Both the position numbers and the translations under genes were made by a program. A DNA stretch of 63,790 nt, filler included, from Lenisia limosa (lineage: Eukaryota > Protista > Breviatea), in assembly GCA_001655205.1 (NCBI GenBank). It is 12 parts of 12 records of this genome, joined end to end, with 100 filler letters (N's around TTAATTAATTAA, not from the genome) between each part and the next. Parts side by side here need not be neighbours in the genome. Positions count along the whole stretch, not along the records: positions 22,359 to 48,873 come from LPNZ01011451.1; 11 more parts are not named here. One strand, 5' to 3'. The notes under the pieces were generated by a model. That model saw only the letters and a program-made list of their open reading frames with translations. It was not told the origin of the DNA and did not search any database. Every line of letters begins with the position of its first letter. The stretch's first letter is position 1. This document shows positions 31,151-44,767 of this stretch, piece by piece.

Positions 31151-33765
31151 GTATTTGTATGTACAGTATGTAGATGTTGTGGTTTGTTGTACTATATATT
31201 ACGGTTGTATCTTTCTCGTTAAAGAGTATCGCCGTTTTTTCTTCTCCAAACTAACTGTATGTTAATTGCATTAACATACTTATTCATTCTTGGCCATCAA
31301 AGAGAAGCATTTATAGTATGATTTGCATATCGTAGATTATCGCAGACCTAGTTGTTAATCCCAAAATAATATATAATACATTTAACCATGGAAGAATAGA
31401 AATAGATTGTAAATAAGATATCAGATTAAATAGAGGTGAAATCAGAGGTTTTGACTATTACGAGTGCGGAGAGGCAGGGCTGTCCTCGAAGAGAGTCTGA
31501 TCCTGGTCCGCTAAGGCAGCAAGATTTCCAAAACCATCCGAATGACTCATTGATCCCTGAAAAGTAAGAAATAGCCTCAAGCAACCAAAAACCAAGAAAT
31601 AAGTCTTGCACAAGGATTACTATTTGTTTTTGGAATAAAGTTTAATGTGCAAATATTGGAACAAGGAATGATAAACATCATAAAAACAATACGTGCCTGA
31701 AACTTTTTTCCTTGCCAGACAACTATTGATGACAAACCTGCAATAGGGACCTCGGGTCAGCACCCTCCATTAACTCCGCTTCTCGTAGGCCAGTGCTGGA
31801 GCTGAGTCCGCTGCCTGAGGGCACACGAGGGCTCTGGAAGTGCCAATGCCGCTGTTGGGGCGGAAAAGAGTAAATGCTTCACTCAGGCCCAAACGAGTGA
31901 AGAAGCAGAATATAAAAATGAACAAAGGGTCAAATGAATAAAAAGAGTCCACAACAGAGTTTGCAAAGCAAAACCCCTCTGCATATTAGTTTTGACATCA
32001 ATGAAATACCAACCTCGTTTGAAAACGGAGAGTAGTTCGTAAATATGTCGTTTGTTTCAAGGTATCTTAAAAGATAAAGGACAGGAAGTAGTAACAATAC
32101 ATTTATAGCATTTTTTAAACATATGGTCAGTGGTCAAAGGAAAAGGGTATCGCTTTAAGTCTCCTTTTAGGCTAAGGGTGAAAAAATAATGTGAAAGAAA
32201 TGCAGAATAGGGAAGTTATCCTCGTGCAAGTGGTAACACCAACATGTTTAACACTTATGTGACTGCTCATTTACCTCGATACCGCCAAACATACCATCCA
32301 CATCAGTACAAATAATAAAAAATATATACAACGGATGCAAATTTTCCCAACACCTCTATGCAATCCCATTTGTATTTTCGTGCTTCAACCATTTCATAAT
32401 GATTAAAGCGATCCTACCTCGGTGAAACACTTGTTGATAGCTCTGGAAGTACGGTTGGGACAGAGGAGACGCTTCTTCGACGTGTTTTATGAGGTGCAGG
32501 GGTGCATGGTGGGGTGGGCTTCAGAGCTGGCAAGGTACACGACGATGATCGGTCATTTGCAATACTGCTGACTGTTTTAAAGTTTCTACAGAGATAAAAG
32601 AGACGAAAAATAACGTTAAACGCATATGATATGCCACAAACCTTGGTGAGTGGGCTGGGGAACTAGGAAGGGAACGGCATTGTCCCAAAGATGGTAGCAC
32701 GCTGATTCGGAGGTTAAGAAAGTATGCAACGGGCACATTATCGAAGACCCAAGGAAGCAAACTGCTTTTTAATGAAGTAGGAAAGGCAATATTAAAACCA
32801 CATGGATGGTATCAGATCAGATGAGGTATTAGAAGACAATATCAACGGAATGGATACGGCTGGTATGGGGTGTGGGAAAAAAGAGGCCGGGGAAATCTGT
32901 CAAATCTCGAAGAAAGAAGAAGAACGTCTCTAAGTTCCCAAATGGTTTGAAATCTTCCTTCTCACATGACAAAGAGTCAAGCAAACCTTGCAAAGGAAGA
33001 TGACTGTGAAGACTACATAAGTCAGAAAATGTCCTGGAATGGAGAGTATGAATTACGATTGTTCACTTACCACATTTGAAGAAGGTGATGTGGATTTGTG
33101 GACAAAAGCGCCTCTATTAAAGATATTTTCGGTATGTTTGCTAAAATTAGGAGGGATAGGAAGCGGAGGCAGCGAGCAGCCTGGTTGTGAGAGCATCAGG
33201 AAACGATTGGCACAATGCTTCTAGGCTACATAGTTTTTTATGTTCCTTTCATAATTATATAATTATATTCTTATGAAATAGGGATTTCACGGTTCTCTCC
33301 AGGTTCTCTCTTCCAAAATGATTTCATATATATAAGCAAATCCTGGGGGGTGCCTGTGGTGTAGTATCCCAAAATGTTAGGCTGTTCTTTATTAGTGGAT
33401 CCCTGGCGATCCTTAACTGTCGAAAAAACCCTCCATGATGATATGATGATACATGGGATGCAAGACGAGGAAGATATTGGGAACTTGCCTGCAACAGTAA
33501 ATCGCAATAATTGGTTGAGTAAATGATAAAATGAAGGGGGTGAAGGTGAAATAAATGTAAGTGAACTAAAACAAGAAACAAAATCTAGAATAAATAGACC
33601 TCAGCAGGAAATTACAGTCGCATGCCGCCAACTCCACCAGTATAGGGACGTGCTAGAGGGTAAAAGATTAAGATCAGTGTAAACTAAAAATTAAGGTATG
33701 AAGATGGTAGACATACAAAAGGTTGTTCTCTCACGAGGGAGCATGGCCTCCTTCTTTGCAACTTC

Positions 33766-36145
33766 CTACACAGTTAACTGGGTCGTTTTCAGCCGTTTTG
33801 AGGAAGGCAACTGGTCAACTTTCGCCTTGGCTAAAAATGCACTCCTCTCCAAAATCATTCTAACCTTTTCTCTGGCTGTCACACGACGCTCTCTGTCGGC
33901 CAAATCCCGCTCGCTGTGCATGTGACAAGATGTGGGTTTTTGTTGTCCAGTTTTCTTCGGGACAACGAGCAAATAAGTCTCCATGGTGGAAAGAGCGAAA
34001 TGTAGCCATGACATAATATTGCACAAGAAATCAAAGCAATGTCTGTACATACAGTTGTACGTTAAATGATAACTATTCAAGCCCAGACTTTTCATCACCC
34101 CCCCCCCCCCAATACCNNNNNNNNNNNNNNNNNNNNNNNNNNNNNNNNNNNNNNNNNNNNNNNNNNNNNNNNNNNNNNNNNNNNNNTGTCTATCGACTTC
34201 AGTAATACGTTGTTTCAGCTGTTAAATCATATGGGAAACGACCAGGAAATGGTATCGCAATCAACATCGCCGTCCTCTTACATCATATTCCTGGCGGTCA
34301 TTGGGCTTGGCCACGAGAACTGCGGCTGGAGCTGTCGGTGCAGCGGCGGNNNNNNNNNNNNNNNNNNNNNNNNNNNNNNNNNNNNNNNNNNNNNNNNNNN
34401 NNNNNNNNNNNNNNNNNNNNNNNNNNNNNNNNNNNNNNNNNNNNNNNNNNNNNNNTCTTCGCTAGCAACACACGAGGGTTGAAAACAACAAAACAAACAA
34501 AGCCCAGACTGCAGATCTGGATAAAACCCTATCGTTTAAGAATACACGAGAGAGGTTGAAAACACCAAAATAGCCCCTTGGAACCAACCTGCATTTTCTT
34601 TTGAAGAGAAGGCCACTGGAGAAGTGCGGATGCGGTGGGACGAGAGTGTTGCTTGAGAAATGAAAGGGGAACGGATAATAACACATGATTCAAGTGATTG
34701 CAATATCCTATGGGAGGGATACAAGAGGAGGAAACCGAAGGTATTGTCATTTTAATAACCTGCCATACAGTCCTCTCTCATACATCAACATGGATCAGGG
34801 CTCGGACGATCTGGGAGAGTTCCTCGGAGTATTGTCGGGGAAGCCGTGAGAAGCCTTGGAAATTATAGAGAGTGTTGGTATGAGGGTAAATGCGATATTG
34901 GATTATGACCTACGTCCAGCTTTGATTTTGACTGCAAGCGCAATTTGGTTCCGAGCTTCAAAGGGAGGTCTAGTTGATTAGAGTTTGACTGTTAAACAGG
35001 ATAATCAGTAACAATTTCATTTATATCGCTTCGTTCTTTTTACTCACACTAAGGCACAGAGTTCGTAAATAAGGCAGCCAAGTGACCACATATCGCTCTT
35101 TTCGTTGTAGCCGTGTTCATTGACCTAGATCATGACGACGTTGATAATGTGTAAGAATTGCTGAATAAATGATACTGATAGGTGTCATCTTCTCAAAGGT
35201 TGTTACATCATATTGTTCTGTACCTGCTCCCCTGACTTCACCACCACAAATAACAAACTTGAGTGTCAGCCCTCAACCGACCTGCTCAGGGCTCATGTAG
35301 AAAGGAGTTCCAACATAGGTGTGGGCGAAAAGGGAGTTAGATCCCAGTACACGAGCCAAACCAAAGTCACCAAGCTTCACGTTACCACCACGGTCAAGGA
35401 AGATATTTCCTAAATAATGAGTTCAAATGGATCAACTGCCAAATGCACAACCAACAGCAACTGACCACAGACCTGGCTTAATATCACGATGAATAATTTT
35501 TTGCTTCTTGTTATGACAATCCGCAAGAGCGTTGGTGACTTGGAGCAAAACCTTCCAAACAACGGATTCGTCAAGATAACGCCTAGTTTGATTACTATTA
35601 AAAAGGAATAAAAAGATAAAAAACGTTACAGCCCATCATCAGCCTACTTGTCTCTTCTGGCCTTGTTAATGAGAACACTCAAATCACCACCTTCACAATG
35701 CTCCATTACAATAAAAATCTAAAAACATGAAAGAAAGATCCAATGCCATGATCATAAACAAACAGCTCAAACCTTGGTACGATCTCTGTCAATAATTCTG
35801 TCGTAATAACGAACAATATGGTCATGTCGAAACTCCCTCAGAATATTAACTTCAGATACCTAAGTCACTGTTAGAAGGCAAGGGAGGGAAAAGGGCTCTT
35901 AACACTCCCAACTGACCAACTGCTGCTTCTCTTTCTCACCCATTTTCCCGTAGTCCATTTCCTTCCAAACAAGCATCTGCAATAGAACAAATTAGAAGGA
36001 AACAAAACATAAAACAATGCCTACTTTGCCGTCAGACTTTCTTTTGATGCGACTCACTGTCCCAAAGCTGCCCTTTCCAATCTAATATAGTAAATTACTA
36101 ATAAATTAATTAAATTACCTTCTGTAGCACCTCATAGCGGTCCAT
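33766..36145 (-). CDS. NEK2: NIMA-related kinase, NEK2-like, multi-exon with C-terminal coiled coil (3' end approximate)
   Basis: [107 protein letters not shown], followed by [15 protein letters not shown]. Confidence 0.9.
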
Positions 36146-36353
36146 TTTGATCAAGTGAAAACAACTCCTTCCCACAATTAATGCCTACTATACTCTTTCT
36201 TGATCCACAATAATCGAAGAAGCAAGTATCGAGCAAGTACCAATAAAATCAGCAACAAATTTCAATTTTTTTTTCACCTCAATAGCAACGCGACCGTACA
36301 AGGATAAAAAAACACAAAAAAAAAAGCAAAAAAAAACACAAATTTAAACAAAT

Positions 36354-37013
36354 ATGGGACTTGGAAGTTTAGCTGGAGGTGTTATGAAGGGGTATGCACC
36401 CAGGGATTAATATTCATCTTGAGCTGCCTTCCTCTGACTCTCTTTTAGTGCCGCTAAGAGCGCAGCCAAGGATGCTGTTGTTGGACAAGCCAAGGAACAG
36501 GCCAAGAGCAATGAAACCGTGAGTGTACTATTTTCTTGTTCTCTCGCCTCTATCGTTGCTTCATGCGCCCTTCTCACTTGCTGAACAAAAATTTTCAATA
36601 ATTATAACATGTTAGGTCAAGGGCGGAATCGGATCCATGAAGGACAAGGCCACTGGATTTGTGAGTGGGAGCTATGTACTCAATGCTACTCAAGGCTTCA
36701 ACGCCAGTAACGCTCTAGGTTTCCAAGGGGCTTGCTGAGAAGACTGGTCTTCCTTCTTGGTCTGAGGATTGGTGGATTAAATCTAGTCTTCTGTTTTTAT
36801 TTCACCGATTTTCCAGTTATCGCAGAACATATTTTGTCAATTTTTAAAAATGATAAGGGTAAATGAAATTATGTCTCTCTCGTCCGCTGTTTTATTCGTA
36901 GTTGCTTGTCATTCATAGTTTATTGCGGCGTTACTTGCCTCTTACCATCCAGCATCACTGACAAGGTTGCCAAGTCTCAAGTTGATGACTTCGCCAAGAA
37001 GAAGGGCTTTTAA
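36354..37013 (+). CDS. Small Ala/Lys/Gly-rich LEA/hydrophilin-like protein in five short exons
   Basis: Spliced as MGLGSLAGGVMKG-AAKSAAKDAVVGQAKEQAKSNET-GGIGSMKDKATGF-VSKGLAEKTGLPS-ITDKVAKSQVDDFAKKKGF*, with canonical splice sites. Confidence 0.6.
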
Positions 37014-37367
37014 GTGCCTGCACTCCAGGTTTATGATGTATTATTATATGTGGACTATTTACAAGTGTCTGAGTTTGGATTAGTGCTCTTGAAGCAAATA
37101 CTCATTCCTTAGATATCAAACAAAAGCTGAAGCCCTTCGGGATGTATAGACTAAGAATTACATCAGAAACATACACCATTCTAAGCAGAAGACGCGGCAC
37201 TCTTCTTCCTGAGATTAGCCTGGTGCCCTCTTTGGACACTCAAAACGAGGGCGTGACGCACAGCTGAAAATGTCAGGTGATGAAAAGCAACCAAATAACA
37301 GTCTATTCCGCAGCTCCATACTCATCGGTGAAAAGACCACCAAAGACCAGCGGACCCAACAGGCCGT

Positions 37368-40300
37368 TCAATTCAGGCAAAGCAAACAAAGGCCCAGCCA
37401 ACCCATGACTTCATTCTCCTCCAAAATTTCAGAAGAGACAATTGAGTCAAGTTTCTTCATAATCGTGATGGATTCCTCCACTGTAAACACGGGGGTAGGA
37501 CCTAAAAGCTTACTAAGTGCTGGAGAAATAGCCACATGCTTCCCACACCCACGCTCTAAGAAGGCTAGAACGTCAATAAAGAGTTTGAAGATGAGGCGCG
37601 GGGCGTGAACGTCCGATGAAACGAGCTGCATAACGGCAGTGACAATTCGATGGTGGCTGTTTCGGCTGCGTACAAAGTGATACGTCACATAATCCGAGAG
37701 GAACCTAAAAATGGTAAGTGGGGGTTGAAGAATAACTGGTATACTATGTGCATTGTACACCAATGGAAGATCGCTTAGATTATGCAATTTCAACGTACTG
37801 TATTGAAGGTGACACCATCACTCCGGAATTTGTTATTTGCTTCGAAATGGAATACAACTCCGACGCATCACCTGAATTGTTAGAGGCAGGTATGCGGAAG
37901 TCCAACCTATCTAGAATATCAAAATACAATAGGAATGTAAAAGGTGCCGTACAAAATGCAACATGCCCAAAAACAGGAACCATCATTATCTGGTACAAAA
38001 GAGGGTTGGGGAAGGGGGTATTGCAAGCTTATCAGTAATCGTCTGTTGAAGAAGAGGTTTAATCTCACTTTTTAGCCAGTCTCTCTCGAGAGCTCTCATG
38101 ATGAAAACGTCAAGTTGTATTGTTTCCTTGGCCTTCAGGAACCATCGGACTGCTGCTGTGCTACGGCCCTCGTTAAAATGCTGCCATCCTGGGGGGGAGT
38201 CAAATTGGAAAATTTATTAAACCCAAATGAACTCTGTTAAACAAACAAAAAAAGCCCAAAATCAACTCTGTTGGCTNNNNNNNNNNNNNNNNNNNNNNNN
38301 NNNNNNNNNNNNNNNNNNNNNNNNNNNNNNNNNNNNNAAAAAAGGTAACAACACCAGTAGCGACGCACCTGCATCCACAGCCACCTCGCGCGCCACGTCT
38401 CCGCAATGCAAGTGCAGGGCAGCTGAAAAGACAGAGCAACATACCCCGTCACTGTCAGTGGGGCATGACCGGAGAGACTACGTTGATAAGTCGCATGGAG
38501 GCACATGGCAAATGTTCGTGTAAGAATTGTGGTAGCAAGGACAAGCTATGTATGAAAAGAATAGATGGGTAGCTAACATCTTCAATGATTTCCTTGCAGT
38601 TTGCCTGATCCTTGAGATACGTAGTAGCAATAATGCCCATGCCGGGTTGATCTTGGATGGAGGTCGCGTAGGTGATCATCGTGTCGGATCTGGATAATTG
38701 ATAAGTGACTACTCCCTTTGACTCAAAGAATTCCGAAAATCTCACCTGACAGATTCCAACCCAGCCGGGTCCATTCGGCATAATACATCAGCAAAATGAG
38801 GTACCACACATGATGGCAGCAGCGCCTGGACCTCTTCAATGGCCTATATTGTGAGCATAACATTTGAAGGGGGGGGGGGGTATTCATAGGAAACAGGAGG
38901 AAGAAGCCATTCAAACCTGAGAATTGTTGCTCGTCAGTAAGTTGTAGATGATGATGTCCATGCCTGTATCAGGTGTGCGATTCGAGCTTGCCAATTCTGC
39001 CATGTTCCTGAGAAAGCAGAGGTAAAATGAGAATATCTGAAAAGAGAATACAACAAATTTAATTAGGATGAATTAAAAATTACAGCCACTCTAAAGCAAG
39101 ACTCGGTTTGACCACACAGCATATTTAAGGCAAAAAAACAGACCAAATCAGCTAGCTACCTCCACGTTTCACTTACGTAGAGCATAACATTAACAGCACA
39201 AAAACAAAGTATTTAAAAGTCTTCTTGAAGAACCTACTTTAGGCTATCAACCGTAGCAAGAGGGAACTTGTAAAGAGATAAACACGACATCGTTTGGGCC
39301 CTGGGTGTGACAATAAAACAATGAAATTCACATTGTGTCTTTTGACACACTTTGTTTCATAGAGTAAATAATGTATTGAATGCTGTATGATTTCCAAGTA
39401 CAAATGAGATATGCTACTAGTATATAAAATACTAGTACTATTATACATATTATACTATATAATGTATTTATATGATATTATGTCAATATTATACTATTTG
39501 TATGTAATTATACACGTATTATATACGTTAGAAATGTTTAATCCTGAATCGGGAGCATTCTTCACAAACAAACCATGTTGATGTCAGAGTGTAAGCAACC
39601 TTCTCATCTCCACTGAAAATCTAAAAAATAGGGTCAAAAGAAAAATTCTAAAGGAGTTTTCTTTTGGTCAAAATCCTTCAAAGAACAGACAAATGAACAT
39701 CATTTATATTTCATTTTCCACAACATTTTATCTCACCCACCATAAGTAGCGCTTCAACTTCTATCGGAATATCATTTCGATGATCTTTGATTTTCCTGAG
39801 CAAGTAAACATAATAGTTTCAAACAAGATAGATATAGTATACCAGAAAATGACTGAATTTCTCGATGGATCCTCAATATATTTCGATAGTTTACTGATCT
39901 TTTTCGTACCGGAGTGAAGCCCTAATAGCATATCATATATGCATAATATGTATAGTATATGTAATATGTACATACATATCGATATGTATACACTATCACA
40001 TTTTTTTTTGATTATATACATTGGCATTGAATATGATATCATATATTAGTATGTATAATATCATTTGCCGATGCGTTATGATATGTATATATGATACGTA
40101 CATTTCATATACATATCATAATATCATAGTATACTATTGTATATACTATACACATATCCACGTACAATCATTTTAATAAAGTTCAGTTCTTACTTTATAT
40201 CCTTTTGCCACATCAACAAGTCCGCTGAAAACTCAGGGTCTTCGAGAGAAGGAAAGCTGTTGACAGCAATGTAAAGCAAATCTCCTATTGATAGCGATGC

Positions 40301-41000
40301 TTGGTCTAAAGAGTCAGGTGTAGGTAAACATATATATACATATACTATTATATAATTAGACATAATCCAAATTTTGTTGTTACAGGAGAGATAAAAAACA
40401 ATCGACATCATCTCATCTCCAAACGGTAAACAAATTCAATAGATTTGAGTCCCTTTATACCTTCAAGAGCGGTAACAAGGGGACAGGTTGGGATAAGGGA
40501 TTGTGGGGAAGTTTCGGGGAGGCAAAGGATGAGGCGTTTCAAAGAAGTCGTGTTGCCGCAGATGGCGGACTGGTAAACAAATGTCCAAAACTCGGATTCT
40601 TCTGAAGGCGAGGGATTGGCAAGGATTTCGTCAAGGTAACCGTCTACAAACATGATGAGAAAAGAAACGAATAGAGTGTTGAAAAGAGAAATATCTGACC
40701 AGGTGTGAACATCATTTGGTAGAAAGGAACCAAGAATCGAGCCAATCTGTCAGGCCCTGCAGCTAACAGCCCCTCAACTAGTCGCCTAGTGGTTGTGAGA
40801 TGAAAAAAAAAGTATGCTCACAAACACCCATATGAAGAATATGTAACTAAATGCTTTTATTTTAATAAGGGTTTTGATTAAGGATACTAAGGCAAACCAT
40901 GGAATTAAAGACAGCTGCAGCAATTTTGCTGTTGCCTCCTCAGAGTACAAAACCTGGGTATCTTGCCCAGCCTCATCTAACAGGTAAGTTGACTTGTGAT
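37368..41000 (-). CDS. NUP85: Probable nucleoporin NUP85, multi-exon (5' end uncertain)
   Basis: EESEFWTFVYQSAICGNTTSLKRLI, MITYATSIQDQPGMGIIATTYL, GRSTAAVRWFLKAK and VFTVEESITIMKKLD occur in the order of recalled NUP85 motifs. Similarity is weak. Confidence 0.55.
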
Positions 41001-41808
41001 ATTCCTTGTTGAGACCCAAACAAACAAACAAAACAAAAAAAAAACGTTGCTTTGTTGTATGTGAAACACACCAAGTGCTCTGAACTTGGCTTCTAGCTCT
41101 CGCCTCTTTTGGCTAACAAAGGAATATGTGGCATGTCGGTATGTCTGGACACTCTCTTCAAGCTAAATTTGATTATTAAATGGCGTCACCATGAAGTGTT
41201 ATGAGTTACTCAACACGGTTAGGTTAGAGAAAAAAAAAAGAGACCAAAACGCTCCACTTCCAACACCACCCTCAAAATAATCATTATTATCAAAAATCTA
41301 CCTTGGAGACGGGAGTTTCACAAAGGTTGAACTTGCAGAGATCAGAGTAGATTGAATGTAGATGAGCTTGGAGAGGGAAAACAGACGGCAAGGTTTCATC
41401 CGCAAATTCAAGTGAATTCATGAATCCCATATTGACTTAGTGTTTATTTTCTACCCCAAAGGGGCCCCTAGGAATGGAATGGGAGTCAGGAAGTTACAGA
41501 TAGTTTACTCTAGGATGCCCAATGACGCAAGAAGCTGAAGTTTTAGATTCAATTGTTCAATTTCGTTAAACTGATCAATGTGGGAATGTAAGAGAAATAA
41601 AACTTGGGACGGACAAAAGTGATACAGGGGGTGGTATATAGGTTCTTTTTGTTGAATTTGAAGCATGGTGTGTCCCTTTTAGAAGCATAAACGTTCACAA
41701 GGCACGTTATTTGATCAAACGTGTTTGACTCTAAGAGCTCACATCACCTCTAACTGTGTCTGATCAGTCTTATTTGGAACCCTTGAGCTTCTCTACCACA
41801 CTTTCAAG

Positions 41809-44091
41809 ATGGGTGAACGTAAAGGTATGGTAAATCCTTTCTAGATTTCGATTGTAACCCTTTTCAGTCCTCAACAAGTACTACCCACCCGATTTCGTAA
41901 GCTTCTGAGGAGCAGGGATGGTTCTTCCTGTTTTTCTTGTTTATTAGTTTGATTTTATTGATTCCTCACACCTAAAGGATCATTCCTCATAAGACTGCGT
42001 TTCAATACAAGAAACTTCATTGTGTGATCATCCAGGATTGGCGTATTCTTCCTCGTGCCAAGGGTCCGAAAGATCATCAGTTCTCAGTTTGCGGGAGAAT
42101 GGGCTTGATAGATGATGCCTGATTATACTATAATCCAGTATCCCTATATGTGTGATGGTGTGGACGGCTTGCGGCCAGAAACTCCCTTGTTTTGTTTCCC
42201 TCTTCACATAGTTCACTTGTGTATTCTTTACTCATGGGGCCCCTCTTACCACCCAGGTGCGTATGATGATGCCAATGAGTGTCTCCTGCAACACGTNNNN
42301 NNNNNNNNNNNNNNNNNNNNNNNNNNNNNNNNNNNNNNNNNNNNNNTGCAGGAAAGAAATTCAACAGTAAAAAGGAAATTGTCAAGGGTTAGGGGGATTG
42401 ATTTGTCTTCACTGCGAGTAATTTCTTTTATAATTTCAAATATGTTGGAGAATCTCATTAACTGAAAGTCTGGTTCTAAAAATGGAAATGTATTTATATA
42501 TATTATATAGAGTTAATAAAACCACACAGAGAATATGGAAATGTCTTAACTTGAAGTTATTTCCTTTGAAATAACTATCTAGGAAGGAAGTACCTTGGGA
42601 TTAAGATCGATCGATTTTACATGCATTGTCCCAATTGCTGTAAAGAGTTCACCATTCTCACTGATCCTGAAAACGCGTTGGGGGGGGGGGGTAANNNNNN
42701 NNNNNNNNNNNNNNNNNNNNNNNNNNNNNNNNNNNNNNNNNNNNNNNNNNNNNNNNNNNNNNNNNNNNNNNNNNNNNNNNNNNNNNNNNNNNNNCCGCTC
42801 AGTGACTATGTTTGCGAACATGGTGTGTCGCGTAACTTCGAACCTTGGCGTGACGCTGAGCGCAAAGAGGCAGGTAAGCGGAATGATGAAGTGTTATAAG
42901 TAAAAGCCATGCACTGAATGACGAATGGCGAGAACTCGGATGCAACCCTCCTCTCTGCCTTTGGTGTTTGGTCTTGTATTTTACTATTCTTTACCCCTTC
43001 TCCCACCTCTTTGTTGTGCCTTTTACTCTTTCTGTTTTGATGTTAACGTCCCCCTTGATATCTTCAGAGCTTGAGAAGGAGAAGGTTCTCACAGACGATG
43101 ACGTCATGAAGGCCTTAGAAAAGAGAACTGAGGATTCCAAAATGGAAATGGAGAACCTTGAAGCAATTGAAGAAATGAGGTGTGTTTTGGCTTTATCAGC
43201 TATCTGTTTTGATATGATGTTGCAGTGTAGCACGAGTTTTTCCCCCATTAATAACAATCTGGTGATTGCTGTTACATTTGAAAGCTGTTGCTTTGTTAAA
43301 GATTTGTGGTGAAGGTATTCCTTCAAAGTAACATCAGTGTTCACATCTGATGAGCATAGATCCATTGCAGCTCGTGCGGAGCGTTTGGGTGCGGAAACCC
43401 TCATTGGCGAACTGGAAGATAAAAAGTTAACATGGAAGGAAAAACAAAAGGTAAGAAGCCAAATAAATAATATGGATATCAAGGGGTTCCCTACGTCCAA
43501 AAAAGACGACCGAATTCCTCGATATATCCTCGATAAATATCGATATTTAAACAGTCTTTTTCGGACCGTAGGGAAGCCCTACATATGATGTGTACAGCAC
43601 CTTGTCATTTCTTTTTTTTTTTACACCGTTTAGTTGTTGGAGGAGGAGGAAGAAGCACTTGTGAATAAGATGTTCCCCAAGGAAGTAGAAATCAGGGTCT
43701 CTGAGGAAGAGAGATTCGTAAGCTATTTAGACTTCATTGAAGTTCAACTTCAAAATCGTTTACAAGACACCTGCAACATCCCAACCTCACCCCCCCCCCC
43801 CCNNNNNNNNNNNNNNNNNNNNNNNNNNNNNNNNNNNNNNNNNNNNNNNNNNNNNNNNNNNNNNNNNNNNNNNNNNNNNNNNNNNNNNAGCCGACGGTCT
43901 GTTAACGGGTTTTCTTTCTTGTTTTATTTTTGTTTCAAAATCTCACGAAGTAGGCTTCGCTTGTTGTGAAGAAGCGAACAGAACCTGTCAAAACTGATGG
44001 GGAGAAGAAGCGGAAGAAGAAGAAGATCAAAACGAAGGTGACAACAAGCGGGTTGGGTCTTGGCGGTCTTCTTGGTGATGATAGTGATTAG
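41809..44091 (+). CDS. YJU2: Splicing factor YJU2/CCDC94 (Cwc16), multi-exon
   Basis: MGERK-VLNKYYPPDF, GKKFNSKKE, YLGIKIDRFYMHCPNCCKEFTILTDPEN, DYVCEHGVSRNFEPW and MKALEKRTEDSKMEMENLEAIEE. Confidence 0.9.
43481..43581. mobile_element. MITE (family 2, TIR about TAGGGCTTCCCTACGGTCC) inside a YJU2 intron
   Basis: GGGGTTCCCTACGTCC...GGACCGTAGGGAAGCCCTA. Related copies at about 54483-54545, 62930-63001 and 63378-63469. No clear TSD. Confidence 0.65.
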
Positions 44092-44767
44092 GTCTTGTGT
44101 ATGAGTATATTTGTGTCATTATTGTACATTCAATGTTTCTCTGATTCCACTCTCACCACTTTATCAATGTTATGAAGGAGAAACGTTCCTGTCATCTTAC
44201 CTAGAAATATACATCCATAATACAAAGCAACAAAAGAAGTACCATTATCCATAAGAACACTACTTTTGGAAGAGAGACTTGACGTGCGTCTCAGTGAAGT
44301 CTACAGACTCGAGTGTTCGCTTTAAGAACCGCGTGGGTGTTGTCATGTCACACGACCTGAGGAAGTCACTCAAAAAACAACTCTTTCAGCTAAATCAGCG
44401 AACCCTTATTCTTCCCACCTTAAAGGGCTTTTATTCTTTTCCGTGGAAAGCTCAGGGCTTGGCGATCTCTCCAATCTGGCGGTTGTGGATAACAGAAACT
44501 CATCTGGGGATGCCATTGGGAGGATAAGGGGACTGGAGAGACATGGCTGGGNNNNNNNNNNNNNNNNNNNNNNNNNNNNNNNNNNNNNNNNNNNNNNNNN
44601 NNNNNNNNNNNNNNNNNNNNNNNNNNNNNNNTGGCTTTTTCAAAACAAAAACTCCAGACGCGCCCAAAGAAACAGAACCGTCCTGGAGGACATGAGAGAA
44701 CAACAGAAACAAAAGGCGATGGATAACGCCATCAGTATTGTACACTGCCATCCCCAAGCTATTGGTT

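Noticed and set aside
34600-36145. Non-standard genetic code in the eukaryote
   Set aside because: Spliced NEK2, PLK1, CLEC16A and copine exons read without in-frame stops in the standard code. Apparent stops fall in introns.
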